Source: an uncultured Candidatus Sumerlaeota bacterium
Lineage (GTDB): Bacteria > CAYMEV01
Assembly: GCA_964389675.1 (NCBI GenBank)
Contig: CAYMEV010000019.1
Span: 1 to 64,000, forward strand
Direction: 5' to 3'
Length of the DNA stretch: 64,000 bases
Under the pieces are notes generated by a model. That model saw only the letters and a list, made by a program, of their open reading frames with translations. It was not told the DNA's origin and made no database searches. Of the stretch, positions 1 to 9,716 are shown one piece after another; position 1 is the stretch's first letter; each line of letters starts with the position of its first letter. The position numbers and the translations under genes were made by a program.

Positions 1-28
1 GGAGCAATCCACCTAAGTTTTTTTAAAA

Positions 29-55
29 TGTGTGTTGACAAAAGGGCGCACTACA
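29..55 (+). mobile_element. Possible IS3/IS481-type terminal inverted repeat remnant
   Basis: TGTGTGTTGACAAAAGGGCGCACTACA resembles IS right ends terminating in ...CACTACA; no transposase visible in the window to confirm. Confidence 0.25.
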
Positions 56-159
56 TTATGCCTTAAATAAAATGATAATATCCCATGTAGATGATATAAT
101 ATGTTTAAATGCTAAAGTATGGCTGTAATACATGATGTTTCTGAAGAAACATCAATAAG

Positions 160-310
160 AATCCATAAGAAATGATGCTGGGAAACTCTAAAAAAAAATT
201 GCTGATGTATCACCCCAGCCATGTATAGACTATGAAATTCAAACTAACAGGAAGAAATATTTATAATTCAGGATATAATAAAAAGGGTACATTTCTATGT
301 TATTCTGACA
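160..310 (+). mobile_element. Decayed 3' end and right terminus of an IS1202-group (ISNCY) element, copy 1
   Basis: 231-310 aligns by eye with the reverse complement of about 60752-60830, which follows the ISNCY transposase fragment; shared encoded KFKLTG; ends ACATTTCTATGTTATTCTGACA. Confidence 0.7.
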
Positions 311-324
311 ATAGAAAATATTCC

Positions 325-353
325 TTGACACCATATAGTTCGTATGTTAAAGT
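325..353 (+). promoter_or_regulatory. Putative sigma70 promoter of the AT-rich secreted-protein islet
   Basis: TTGACA-17 bp-TAAAGT, with TG before the -10. Confidence 0.5.
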
Positions 354-390
354 AAATTATTGGAGTTTAATAAATTAGAGGTATTATAAA

Positions 391-695
391 ATGTTCAAAT
401 CCGTTCAAATCCGTTCAAATCCGTTCAAATCCAGACAATAATCCTAGTCCTACTATTAGCCCTCTTTCTAACTTGTACTATCTATGCTCAAGATTATAAG
501 GAATATTATCTAATTAAAAAAGAAAGGCTAAGTGAACAAGAAGTATCTCAAGATATAAAAGATATCTATTTTCCATATCTCCATATTAAATCTGTTGAAA
601 TTAATTCAGTTTTGACTGCAAAGCAGATAGTAAAAGGATAAGATAAAATAATTATTAACCTAACTGAAGATTATAAAACACAAATAATCAGATGA
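391..695 (+). pseudogene. Frameshifted (phase-off) small secreted protein gene
   Basis: With 4 repeats the ORF stops after 16 codons; with 2 or 5 repeats it reads into QTIILVLLLALFLTCTIYA-QDYKE... (signal peptide) to TAA 639-641; the frame continues to TGA 693-695. Confidence 0.6.
393..432 (+). repeat. Perfect tandem repeat (GTTCAAATCC)x4 immediately after a start codon
   Basis: Read directly from the sequence; ATG at 391 has a GAGGT RBS upstream. Confidence 0.95.
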
Positions 696-704
696 GGTAA
701 ATTT

Positions 705-1751
705 ATGAATATACAAAAGCCTGCTATTTTTTTCTTATTTCTATTGCTATGCATTAGTAATTTAACTTTTTCTGCTCCGTTATTAATTATTAAAAATAAA
801 GACATTATTGCTGGTAAAATTCCCTATTCTAATAATATAGAGTTTTCATATACTGTCTTTAATAAAGGTAATGAAACCGCTATTATAAGTGATATTCTTT
901 ATACCTGCAAATTCGCTTCGGTTAAATATGACAGTGAAATTAAACCAGGAGAAAATGGCAAAATTTATGTTCAACTATTTCTTGAACCATCAATTAGCAG
1001 TATTGCGGTTGGATTTGTCATAATCAACAATTCTGCTGATGATGCGATAGGATTATCATATAAAGCAGAAATAATTCATGATATATATGCCTTCTCTGAC
1101 AACGACCTTCCTATAGATATATACCCAGACACAAAATTATTACAAAAAAATTTCTATTTTCTATCTTTGAGAAGCAATCTAGAAATTGTTGACGTCCATT
1201 CAGACTTTAATTTTATGAAAGCAAAATACAAAAAAATAGAAAAGATTGATGAATTTATTAATAAAACCAATATACCCAGAAGTATTGAATATTCAGATAT
1301 AGAATCTTTATGGTATATCAACATTGAAATAGACGCAGTAAAAGCATTAAAATATCTCGAGAAAACTAATCAAGATTATATATGTGGATCTGATTATATA
1401 ATTTATACAAATGATAATAGATATCCTTTATTTCCAATAGGATTAAAGTTTCAAAAGCAGTCATATTTTATATCTTATCCAGATATTGTCCGTCTAAAAG
1501 CTAATTCAAAAGAAAAAAATAAGATAATTATTAAAAATAAATGCAGGAAAAACTTTTGTATAAGAGATATTAAATCCAGCATAGATTTTGTCAGCGCTAA
1601 CCGAATTACCAAAGGTTCGTTAAATGAGCATTTGTTAATTATCTCATTAAATTATGATGAATCCAGTAGTGAAATGAATGGCTTATTAAAGATAACAACT
1701 GATTTTAAACCTCAAGATAAAATATTAATTCCATTTTATATCGAAAAATGA
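705..1751 (+). CDS. Secreted DUF1573-like Ig-fold domain protein
   Basis: Signal peptide; FSYTVFNKGNETAIISDI..C...IKPGENGKI pattern typical of DUF1573; second Ig-like C-terminal repeat. Confidence 0.7.
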   Translation: MNIQKPAIFFLFLLLCISNLTFSAPLLIIKNKDIIAGKIPYSNNIEFSYTVFNKGNETAIISDILYTCKFASVKYDSEIKPGENGKIYVQLFLEPSISSIAVGFVIINNSADDAIGLSYKAEIIHDIYAFSDNDLPIDIYPDTKLLQKNFYFLSLRSNLEIVDVHSDFNFMKAKYKKIEKIDEFINKTNIPRSIEYSDIESLWYINIEIDAVKALKYLEKTNQDYICGSDYIIYTNDNRYPLFPIGLKFQKQSYFISYPDIVRLKANSKEKNKIIIKNKCRKNFCIRDIKSSIDFVSANRITKGSLNEHLLIISLNYDESSSEMNGLLKITTDFKPQDKILIPFYIEK

Positions 1752-1795
1752 ACAAAGATTTAACATATTCCATAAAATAAAAAAGGAGTAAAATA

Positions 1796-2065
1796 ATGAA
1801 GAAGGTCTTATCATTAGTTCCGATTATTGCTTTATTTTTGCTTGTGAACATGGGTTATGAATCTGCTGAACCTGGTCCTGGCTGGTGTTGGAATTGCAGA
1901 GAATATAATTCCTATATAACATATCAGGGTGAAGGCTGTAACTGGTCGACTGCATGCAAGTGCGAACCATGCGGCATGATACCACGCTATTGTGAGGAAG
2001 GTGTTTGCAAGAATCCCTCTGGGGTGTGGGTCCAATGTGTCTTTTATGGTGGTGATATCTATTGA
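1796..2065 (+). CDS. Small secreted cysteine-rich peptide (89 aa, 9 Cys)
   Basis: AAGGAG RBS; MKKVLSLVPIIALFLL signal peptide; Cys/Gly/aromatic-rich mature part. Confidence 0.8.
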   Translation: MKKVLSLVPIIALFLLVNMGYESAEPGPGWCWNCREYNSYITYQGEGCNWSTACKCEPCGMIPRYCEEGVCKNPSGVWVQCVFYGGDIY

Positions 2066-2242
2066 TTTTTTATCTGTTTCAATCATTAGGCTTTATAAAA
2101 ATATAGAATATTTTACCCTCATTATTATGTTATTATAATATGCAATATTTATTTATTCAATATCGTAAATTATTATAGTATTCTACTATTATTTTATATG
2201 ATTAAACAGCCTATTAAATAAGTTTAGAGAAAGGAGAGCGTT

Positions 2243-2890
2243 ATGATAAAGAAGGTCTTGTTTTCATTTATTTTGGTTCTTATATTACATCCTTTATATT
2301 CTTTTTCATTTAATATTTCTAATCTAGGTATTGAAGTAAAGTTGGTTCAGGTTGTACAGGGCACCTATGGGCCTTATAAAAATCTAAACCCATATGACAT
2401 TATTATTTCAGTCGCTGGAGAAGAATTTGAGGAACCTTATTGGCAGATCCAGAGAGAAATGGAAAAAGATGAGGATTATATAAAATTTACTGTCCTTAGG
2501 GCAAGTAATGATGAAGAATCTGTTAATGTAAAAAAATTCTTATTAAAAGATGCTAATAAAAAAATTAAATTTGCAGACAGAGAAGAAGATTTTCATCTAA
2601 ACAGGAATCCTGACAGAAAGATGTTAGGGTTTATTGCGAAAAATATGCTTATGGTCACTAAAAAGAACAAAGATAGTCATTTTCCTCTGGAAATTGGTGA
2701 TTTATTCTATGTGAATTATCAAAATGTAGATACACTAAGTCAACTTGTAAGTCCATTACTGAATACCATACAAGGTGAAAAAATAAATCTTTATGCTATA
2801 AAGAAAGATGGATTAGAATTATTAAGCAAAGGATTGCCAGAAGGCAAAGAATATATTATTGCAGAATTATTTTTTGCTGTTCCTGATTAA
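2243..2890 (+). CDS. Secreted protein with degenerate PDZ-like repeats
   Basis: RBS; signal peptide; LNPYDIIISVAG and LEIGDLFYVN resemble PDZ GDxIxxVNG motifs. Confidence 0.5.
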   Translation: MIKKVLFSFILVLILHPLYSFSFNISNLGIEVKLVQVVQGTYGPYKNLNPYDIIISVAGEEFEEPYWQIQREMEKDEDYIKFTVLRASNDEESVNVKKFLLKDANKKIKFADREEDFHLNRNPDRKMLGFIAKNMLMVTKKNKDSHFPLEIGDLFYVNYQNVDTLSQLVSPLLNTIQGEKINLYAIKKDGLELLSKGLPEGKEYIIAELFFAVPD

Positions 2891-3041
2891 GCAAATTATT
2901 CAGGAAAGCAGCTTTTATATGCCATGCAGAAAAAAGTGGTTATTAAAAACCACTGATCAGGCGATATAAATTACTTTATTTGAATCTTTGCTGTTTTTAT
3001 TATCATTTAGCTGTATATAATTATATTGGGAGATAATTAAT

Positions 3042-5345
3042 ATGAAAGTGCATATTAAAAAAATTATATGTATCCTGATTATTGGATTAATCTGTAATTT
3101 AGCTTATGCAAAAAGCCTGATAGTTAACACATCTGACAATACAAATACAGATCAAATAAATATTCTCATCTACAACGAATCTGAAGGAAGCTATTATAAT
3201 ATTGCAAATTATCAATGCAGATCAGGAGAGAAGATACCATTAGAACTGCCTGAGGAAGAAAATGCTTATGTAATTGTGGATCATCCTTCCTATGCATTAT
3301 ATATAGATAGACTCAAATCCTCAGATCCTGAAGACAAAATAATATCTCTGGAAAAGGGAAGTCAGATTATGGTTGAGATCCATGATTATGCAGGCAATCC
3401 ACTGCAAGGAGTGCATTGCATGGTAGAGATACAGATACAGCCCTTTGGGCATAGAGTGATAAGGAAATCAGCTACTGATGAAACAGGCAAGACAGTACTA
3501 AAAAATCTTATATCCCTGCACACCATGGACATTATAGAACTAAGCCATGAAATAACGCTTACAAAAGAAGGGTATTTTACAGAAACCCGATATATTGACA
3601 TTAAAGACCATAAATTTGAACTTATCCCGGAAAATGCTATTTTTGGAAGAGTTGAGAATATAAATGGTTATCCTGCAGAAGGTGTAATTTTAACTCTTCG
3701 GGATGCCGGCAATGGGATAATAAAGGAAACAGTATCAGGTCCTGATGGCAAATTCATCCTCATACTCAATAAAGAACAATCTTCAGGTACCTTTCAGATG
3801 CAATTTTCATCACACGGCCTTATTAATGAACAGACTCAGAATGACATATTTATTTCCAAAGATCCATATATCTTCCAGGTAGATTATGTTTTTGCAGTTC
3901 AGGGGACTGTGGTAAATGAATCCTTTGACACAGTTGAAAAATTTCTCGTATCACTGGGTGTATTTTCTGATGATTTCAGGCCGGCACCCAACAAGAGGCT
4001 ATTTAATGATAAGGAAGGCAGGTTCTGTATCGGACTGGGCAGTCATGCAATTCATGATTCTTATAATTATTATATTGAGATATTTTCAGAAAAGCATGGC
4101 AAGCAATATCAGGTTATAAATCTTAAAAAAGGGCTCAATGATCTTGGTGAAATACAGCTTAAAATGGCACCGGGCCTAGAAGGCAAAGTGATCGATTACT
4201 ATACATCCAGACCTGTGAAAGATGTGAAAATCTGCCTGCTTGATGAAGGAAATGAATCAGCAAGCCAGATGAACAGATTTACCCGGAATTGCCACAGCAT
4301 TATCAAAACAGATGAAGACGGCAAATTCTCTATAAATAATCTTGGAGGTAATACATACAGAGCGCTTTTTGAAAAGGAAGGATATGCTCCTTTAATGAGC
4401 GATACATTCACTGTCCCTGAGGATAGGAACTACGATATGAAGGATATTAAGCTATCAAAAGGAAACAGGGTTATTGGGGAGATTAAGGCCAGGAACCTGC
4501 AGGAAGATGAGATTGATTTCTCATCAATGAGAATTATCGCTGAAGATGGACCAGGTCTCTTCCCTGGGGAATTCCGTGAAGGAACTATAAACAGGAACAG
4601 TTTTGCAATTATGATGCTGGCCCGCGGCAGATACAGGGTCAAACTATATTACAAGGGTATAAGATACTATAAATACGTGACTTTTAATGAGGAATGCTGT
4701 GCTACAGAGAAAATTGACTTTTACATAGGCGGAACTGATGTCTCCGGCTTCGTTTATCTTGCAGGTGAGCCAATACCCGATACAAAAATAACTTTTACTC
4801 AAGATAGCTCTATAGAATCCCCTGATCACAGACCACATGCCTGTATGGATCCTTTCATTCCAGAAATAGAAATGTATGGTTATGAAAAAACTAATACCTA
4901 TGAAAGTATTACTGATGCTAATGGAAGATACTCCATTACTCAGGTAGAACCCGGATCATATATAATAGAGTTTAATAAGTTCTACCCTGGTTTCAAATTG
5001 CCAGATAAAGATATACATGTTGAGGATGTAGCATATATGCAATATGATATACACATAAAGGGTGCAGTTATAAAGCTTAATATTAGAAATGATCAGAATG
5101 AACCTGTCTCAGCATCGGTTATTGTCAAACCTAAAAACGAAACAGATACTGGCAGATACCATTTTTCAACTTCAGACCCTGCTGGTCATTCTGTTATAAC
5201 TATAACAGAAATGGGAACATATGATATTCAGATTGGTGGGGTTGATAACTATGAGCCAGTATATATCGAGGATATAATTATAGATGCTTATGAACAGGAA
5301 TATGAATTTGATGTAATGGTTGAAGAGAAGATAATACTCCAATAA
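3042..5345 (+). CDS. Secreted carboxypeptidase-regulatory-like (transthyretin/Cna-B fold) repeat protein
   Basis: Signal peptide; repeated G.V.d..G.P....V, TDeDGkF and G.Y motifs. Confidence 0.8.
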   Translation: MKVHIKKIICILIIGLICNLAYAKSLIVNTSDNTNTDQINILIYNESEGSYYNIANYQCRSGEKIPLELPEEENAYVIVDHPSYALYIDRLKSSDPEDKIISLEKGSQIMVEIHDYAGNPLQGVHCMVEIQIQPFGHRVIRKSATDETGKTVLKNLISLHTMDIIELSHEITLTKEGYFTETRYIDIKDHKFELIPENAIFGRVENINGYPAEGVILTLRDAGNGIIKETVSGPDGKFILILNKEQSSGTFQMQFSSHGLINEQTQNDIFISKDPYIFQVDYVFAVQGTVVNESFDTVEKFLVSLGVFSDDFRPAPNKRLFNDKEGRFCIGLGSHAIHDSYNYYIEIFSEKHGKQYQVINLKKGLNDLGEIQLKMAPGLEGKVIDYYTSRPVKDVKICLLDEGNESASQMNRFTRNCHSIIKTDEDGKFSINNLGGNTYRALFEKEGYAPLMSDTFTVPEDRNYDMKDIKLSKGNRVIGEIKARNLQEDEIDFSSMRIIAEDGPGLFPGEFREGTINRNSFAIMMLARGRYRVKLYYKGIRYYKYVTFNEECCATEKIDFYIGGTDVSGFVYLAGEPIPDTKITFTQDSSIESPDHRPHACMDPFIPEIEMYGYEKTNTYESITDANGRYSITQVEPGSYIIEFNKFYPGFKLPDKDIHVEDVAYMQYDIHIKGAVIKLNIRNDQNEPVSASVIVKPKNETDTGRYHFSTSDPAGHSVITITEMGTYDIQIGGVDNYEPVYIEDIIIDAYEQEYEFDVMVEEKIILQ

Positions 5346-5423
5346 TTATACATAAAAAATAAATTGGAAGCTGATCAGGATCCTTTGTCAAAACAAACAT
5401 AGCATTTTAATGAGAGGGCTTTC

Positions 5424-5573
5424 GTGAAGAAGAGGTACTATATAATATTTTCAATTCTTGCAATGGGATTACTGGCCTTTTATTTGGGTTTTTTATTCCT
5501 CATTCATCAAGAAAGAAAATATTTAGCAATAATATCCACAAAAGAAAATATTCATAATGTCCCTGAAAGATAA
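5424..5573 (+). pseudogene. Short or truncated membrane-anchored ORF (49 aa)
   Basis: GAGGG RBS and GTG start; MKKRYYIIFSILAMGLLAFYLGFLFLIHQ...; followed by stop-rich decayed sequence. Confidence 0.35.
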
Positions 5574-5879
5574 AAAAAGATATATAGAAACAATAGATGC
5601 AAAAGCCGGGAAAAAACACTCAAAGCTATATTTTATCTGATAGATAATTAGACATAGAGGAAAACAATCTATAAGCAACTGGAATAAGAGGAATAAGATC
5701 TGATGTGGTCCAATTGTCGATACAAACTATTAAGATCCAGGAAGATAGCTTTACTTTAATCATGAAAAAACGGAAACTGGGATATACCAGAGAAGGAATT
5801 TGTCTTCGGCAGTTTTATTGAGAGGCATCCTATTAAATTAAGGTATTAAGGACAAACTGCATAATCACTCAGTTATCCT

Positions 5880-6007
5880 GGATTCCATTAGAAATAATCC
5901 TGGCAACTCTAAAAAGACAATCCCTATTCTTGTATTTAAGCTTACAGGAAAAGATATAAATAGTTTTATATATTATGGGAGAAGGACATTTCTATGTTAT
6001 TCTGACA
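5880..6007 (+). mobile_element. Decayed IS1202-group right end, copy 2
   Basis: 5986-6007 is identical to 289-310 (22 bp); upstream similarity (SIRN..GNSKK, FKLTG) to copy 1. Confidence 0.65.
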
Positions 6008-6079
6008 GACTTATTTAATATTGACAAAAGATCATTAAATATTTATTCATAAAACCAAAGATGGCAAAGGAGAGATGAC

Positions 6080-6799
6080 ATGGAACAGGCATGGCATGAG
6101 AAAAAAAATTCATACCCGGTAATAGATGTAAGGGCTCTTACAGGCAATTTCCTGCCGATGATACTTCATAAGGCACAGGATATAGAGACTGGCCAAGGCG
6201 TATGCATAGTGCAGAGCTTTGAGCCGAAACCGCTGTATTCAGCACTTGAGGACCTTGGTTTTGAACATATTACAGAACAGGTTTCTGATACAGAATACAG
6301 AGTATATTTCCACAGAAAGGAAAAAAGATCCATTAGCTATAAGACCGGTGCGGATATGCCCTTTAAGCCAACTGCAATATTGAACTACAAGTTCATTGAT
6401 GATATGCTCGCAGGTATAATCGTAGATTTCTGGGGGCATATCTGGGATAAAGAGGAGCCTGCCATAGACCTAAAAACAAAGCTTCTTTTCTCCATGAGCA
6501 ATGCCATCGGCGCATCAAGGTTCAGGCAGGCGACAAGAGAGCTTATAAAAGCCTATTCCCTGGGGGCAACAGTAAAGGAACTGGATGAACTGTTCGCTCT
6601 CTTTGCATGGAACCAGGGTATAGGTCATTTTTCATCAGAGATAGGAGCTTCAACAGTATTCGGTGTCTACAGGCATATAAAGTCCCGTGAGAAGGAAGGA
6701 ATGGACAGAAGGCAGATACTGGATGAAGTAATGAAGATCTTCGGCGAAACAAACCCCGAAGTAAATACGCTTTTTAAAAACCCTAAAAAGGATATATAA
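6080..6799 (+). CDS. DUF2249 domain fused to a carboxymuconolactone-decarboxylase-like helical domain
   Basis: IDVR...FEPKPLYSALEDLGFEH (DUF2249/TusA-like); IDLKTKLL...AYSLGATVKEL (CMD-like). Confidence 0.65.
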   Translation: MEQAWHEKKNSYPVIDVRALTGNFLPMILHKAQDIETGQGVCIVQSFEPKPLYSALEDLGFEHITEQVSDTEYRVYFHRKEKRSISYKTGADMPFKPTAILNYKFIDDMLAGIIVDFWGHIWDKEEPAIDLKTKLLFSMSNAIGASRFRQATRELIKAYSLGATVKELDELFALFAWNQGIGHFSSEIGASTVFGVYRHIKSREKEGMDRRQILDEVMKIFGETNPEVNTLFKNPKKDI

Positions 6800-6810
6800 A
6801 AGGCTTTTTA

Positions 6811-7968
6811 TCAAAAGCTGTTTAATCTTCTGGCCAGCTCAGGGAAAATATCAGAAGAAACATTTCCGAAGGCAAACCGCAGGTATTTGCCCTGGCCTTT
6901 TCCGAATGCTTCACCGGGTACGCAAAGGATATTCAGTTCTTTTGCAAGCCTGAAAGCAAGATCCCATGAGGATAAGGGGAAGTCATGCCTTATATATGCA
7001 AAGAATGCACCGGATGAAACTATTGAAAAATGAGGTGAAACTGAATTAAAGGCTTTTTGAAATGCAGATAGCTTTAATCTCATTTCCTTTATTCTTTCAC
7101 CAAGCCAGAAAAGCTCGTTACGGACGGCATAATGAACTGCCCTTTGAGCAATCACAGGGGCGCATATGAGATTGCAGTCATGGATCTTCAGTATCTGGCT
7201 CAATATACCAGGGCCTGCAATAATGGTGCCTATACGCATACCGCAGAGGCTGAATGATTTTGAGAAGGTATAGACCTGCAGTATATGCTTTCTCCATTCC
7301 GGCTGTCGAAGAATAATTGAGGAGGCATCCGGCTCTGAGGAAAAATCCTGGTAGGTCTCATCAATGATTATCATTATATCTCTGGACCTTGCCCAGTCAT
7401 AAAGCTTTAATATATAGTCACTGGAGAGAGTTGCTCCTGTTGGGTTATGCGGGGTGACAAGAACCAGTGCTTTGGTTTGTTCTGTCAATTTATCATCCAG
7501 GTCCTGAATAAGGGGAAGATAACCCTCCTTCTCCCCTGCTGGGACGAAGCGTGGTATGCAGTTCAAGGCCTGGAGTATCATCACATGGTTAAAATAATAT
7601 GGCTCAGGGATCATGATCTCATCACCGGGCTGAAACAGCGCCATTACAGACTGGGTAAAGGCATTGTTGGCACCTGCTGTAAGAATAATATCATCAGTAT
7701 TGACTGATGCATTGTAGCGATTTTTGTAAAAGCCTGCAACAGCACTGCGCACATCCGGAATACCCTGGTCAGGCGAATAGAAATAATTGCCCTTATCTTC
7801 TGCATATCTGCTTATATTATTTGTCAGGCCTTCGGGAGGAGGATAATTAGGGACAGCCTGGCCAAGGTCTATAAGGGCTTTACCGGGATCTATGAGCTTT
7901 TTCCATTCCTTGACCTTCAGTATCGGAGGGTCTGTTATGTTTCTTATATGATCGGGGATCTTTATCAA
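6811..7968 (-). CDS. PLP-dependent aminotransferase class I/II
   Basis: PHNPTG, DETY, TFSKSFSLCGMRIG (PLP lysine), YLRFAF; TTG start. Confidence 0.9.
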   Translation of the reverse strand: MIKIPDHIRNITDPPILKVKEWKKLIDPGKALIDLGQAVPNYPPPEGLTNNISRYAEDKGNYFYSPDQGIPDVRSAVAGFYKNRYNASVNTDDIILTAGANNAFTQSVMALFQPGDEIMIPEPYYFNHVMILQALNCIPRFVPAGEKEGYLPLIQDLDDKLTEQTKALVLVTPHNPTGATLSSDYILKLYDWARSRDIMIIIDETYQDFSSEPDASSIILRQPEWRKHILQVYTFSKSFSLCGMRIGTIIAGPGILSQILKIHDCNLICAPVIAQRAVHYAVRNELFWLGERIKEMRLKLSAFQKAFNSVSPHFSIVSSGAFFAYIRHDFPLSSWDLAFRLAKELNILCVPGEAFGKGQGKYLRFAFGNVSSDIFPELARRLNSF

Positions 7969-8026
7969 TATTCCTGCTCCATGAATTTATATTACTATAG
8001 CAGGATAATTCTACAAGAATAAAAAA

Positions 8027-8066
8027 GGCAGTCCAGGCTGTCTTTTTCAGACAGCCCAGCCCTGCC
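8027..8066. terminator. Intergenic hairpin downstream of pruA
   Basis: GGCAG..GGCTGTC-loop-GACAGCC..CTGCC, with a T-run on the minus strand. Confidence 0.5.
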
Positions 8067-8085
8067 ATTCATCAGCTCAGTGAGA

Positions 8086-9714
8086 TCAGTCCATATATTT
8101 ATAGCGGTAATCCTGAGGAGGGACGAAAGTTTCCTTTATTGTCTGTGGGGATGTCCATCTTACAAGGTTCAGATAGCTTCCGGCCTTGTCATTGGTCCCG
8201 CTTCCCCTTGCTCCCCCGAAAGGCTGTTGTCCTACAACTGCTCCTGTCGGCTTGTCATTGATATAGAAATTGCCAGCAGAATTCTTAAGTATCCTTTTTG
8301 CTGTTTTTATGGCTGACCTGTCCTTTGCAAAGATAGCCCCTGTCAGTGCATATATTGATGTTTCATCACATAATTTAAGTGTTTCCTCATACTTATCATC
8401 ATCATATACATAAATTGTAAGGACAGGAGCAAATATCTCCTCCTCCATAGTTATAAAATGGGGGTCTTTTGTAACGATAACCGTCGGCTCGATAAAATAG
8501 CCTTTTGCCTTATCCCCCCTGCCTCCGAAAATTATCTCTGAATCACTGCTTTCCCCTGCAAGCCTTATATATCTCATGGTATTGTCAAAGCTTGCTTCAT
8601 CTATTACAGCACCCATGAAATTGGAAAAATCATCAGCAGGCCCCATTTTTATGTCTTTCAGCATGCTTAACATTTCTGATCTTATTTCACTGAAAATGGA
8701 TCTGGGAACATACATCCTTGATGCTGCACTGCACTTCTGCCCCTGGTATTCAAATGCTCCCCTGACTGCAGCCACAGCAGCTTCCTTTTTGCTTTCAATG
8801 CTGTTGTGGATAAAGATAAAGTCCTTTCCCCCTGTCTCGCCGACGATCCTTGGGTATGACCTGTATTTTGACATATTCTCGCCTATTGTCTTCCACATGG
8901 TATTAAAGACCTTTGTGGATCCTGTAAAGTGTATCCCTGCAAGGTTTCTGTCCTTCAGCACCAGTGAACCAATCTCCGAGCCCCTTCCGGGTATGAAGTT
9001 GATCACACCATCCGGAAGCCCTGCTTCCATCAGAAGCCTTATAATGTAATATGCTGAAAGCACTGCTGTCGATGCAGGCTTCCATACAACTGTATTGCCC
9101 ATAATGACAGGGGCTGATGGCAGGTTTCCTGCAATCGAGGTGAAATTAAACGGGGTCACGGCAAAGACAAAACCCTCAAGCGGCCTGTAGTCCGTCATAT
9201 TCCATTCGCCCTTGGTATTTGCTATTGGCTGGCACTTGTAGATCTCCTGCATATAGTATGTATTGAACCTGAAAAAGTCTATCAGCTCAGCCACTGCATC
9301 TATTTCAGACTGATGGGCTGTTTTTGACTGGTTGAGCATTGTCGCTGCATTGAACAGGTATCTGTACCTTGTTGAAAGAAGCTCTGCAGCCTTGAGGAAT
9401 ATGGCAGACCTGTCCTGCCAGCTTAAGGCATTCCATATTTCTTTTGCATCCATCGCAGCCCTGATAGCCATTTCTATTTCATTTGGGCCGGCCTGGTGGT
9501 ACTCTGCAAGGACATGCCTGTGGTCATGGGGGATCACCGCTTCTGCCTTTTTGCCCGTATATATCTCCTTTCCCCCTATTATCAGCGGGATCTCTATCTT
9601 TCTGCTTTTGATCTTCTTTATCTCCTGTTCAAGAAGCTGTCTCTCCTTTGAGCCCTTTTCATAATCAAGGACCTTCTCATTCGTTGGCAATGGTATGCTG
9701 AATATTGCGTTCAT
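8086..9714 (-). CDS. pruA: L-glutamate gamma-semialdehyde (P5C) dehydrogenase
   Basis: TPFNFTSIAGNL, ETGGKDF, FEYQGQKCSA, NDKPTGAVVGQQPFGG, GTNDKAG. Confidence 0.95.
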   Translation of the reverse strand: MNAIFSIPLPTNEKVLDYEKGSKERQLLEQEIKKIKSRKIEIPLIIGGKEIYTGKKAEAVIPHDHRHVLAEYHQAGPNEIEMAIRAAMDAKEIWNALSWQDRSAIFLKAAELLSTRYRYLFNAATMLNQSKTAHQSEIDAVAELIDFFRFNTYYMQEIYKCQPIANTKGEWNMTDYRPLEGFVFAVTPFNFTSIAGNLPSAPVIMGNTVVWKPASTAVLSAYYIIRLLMEAGLPDGVINFIPGRGSEIGSLVLKDRNLAGIHFTGSTKVFNTMWKTIGENMSKYRSYPRIVGETGGKDFIFIHNSIESKKEAAVAAVRGAFEYQGQKCSAASRMYVPRSIFSEIRSEMLSMLKDIKMGPADDFSNFMGAVIDEASFDNTMRYIRLAGESSDSEIIFGGRGDKAKGYFIEPTVIVTKDPHFITMEEEIFAPVLTIYVYDDDKYEETLKLCDETSIYALTGAIFAKDRSAIKTAKRILKNSAGNFYINDKPTGAVVGQQPFGGARGSGTNDKAGSYLNLVRWTSPQTIKETFVPPQDYRYKYMD

Positions 9715-9716
9715 AA

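Noticed and set aside
393-432. CRISPR array
   Set aside because: Contiguous 10-bp units without spacers; no cas genes. The 147-bp repeats at 46537 are coding.
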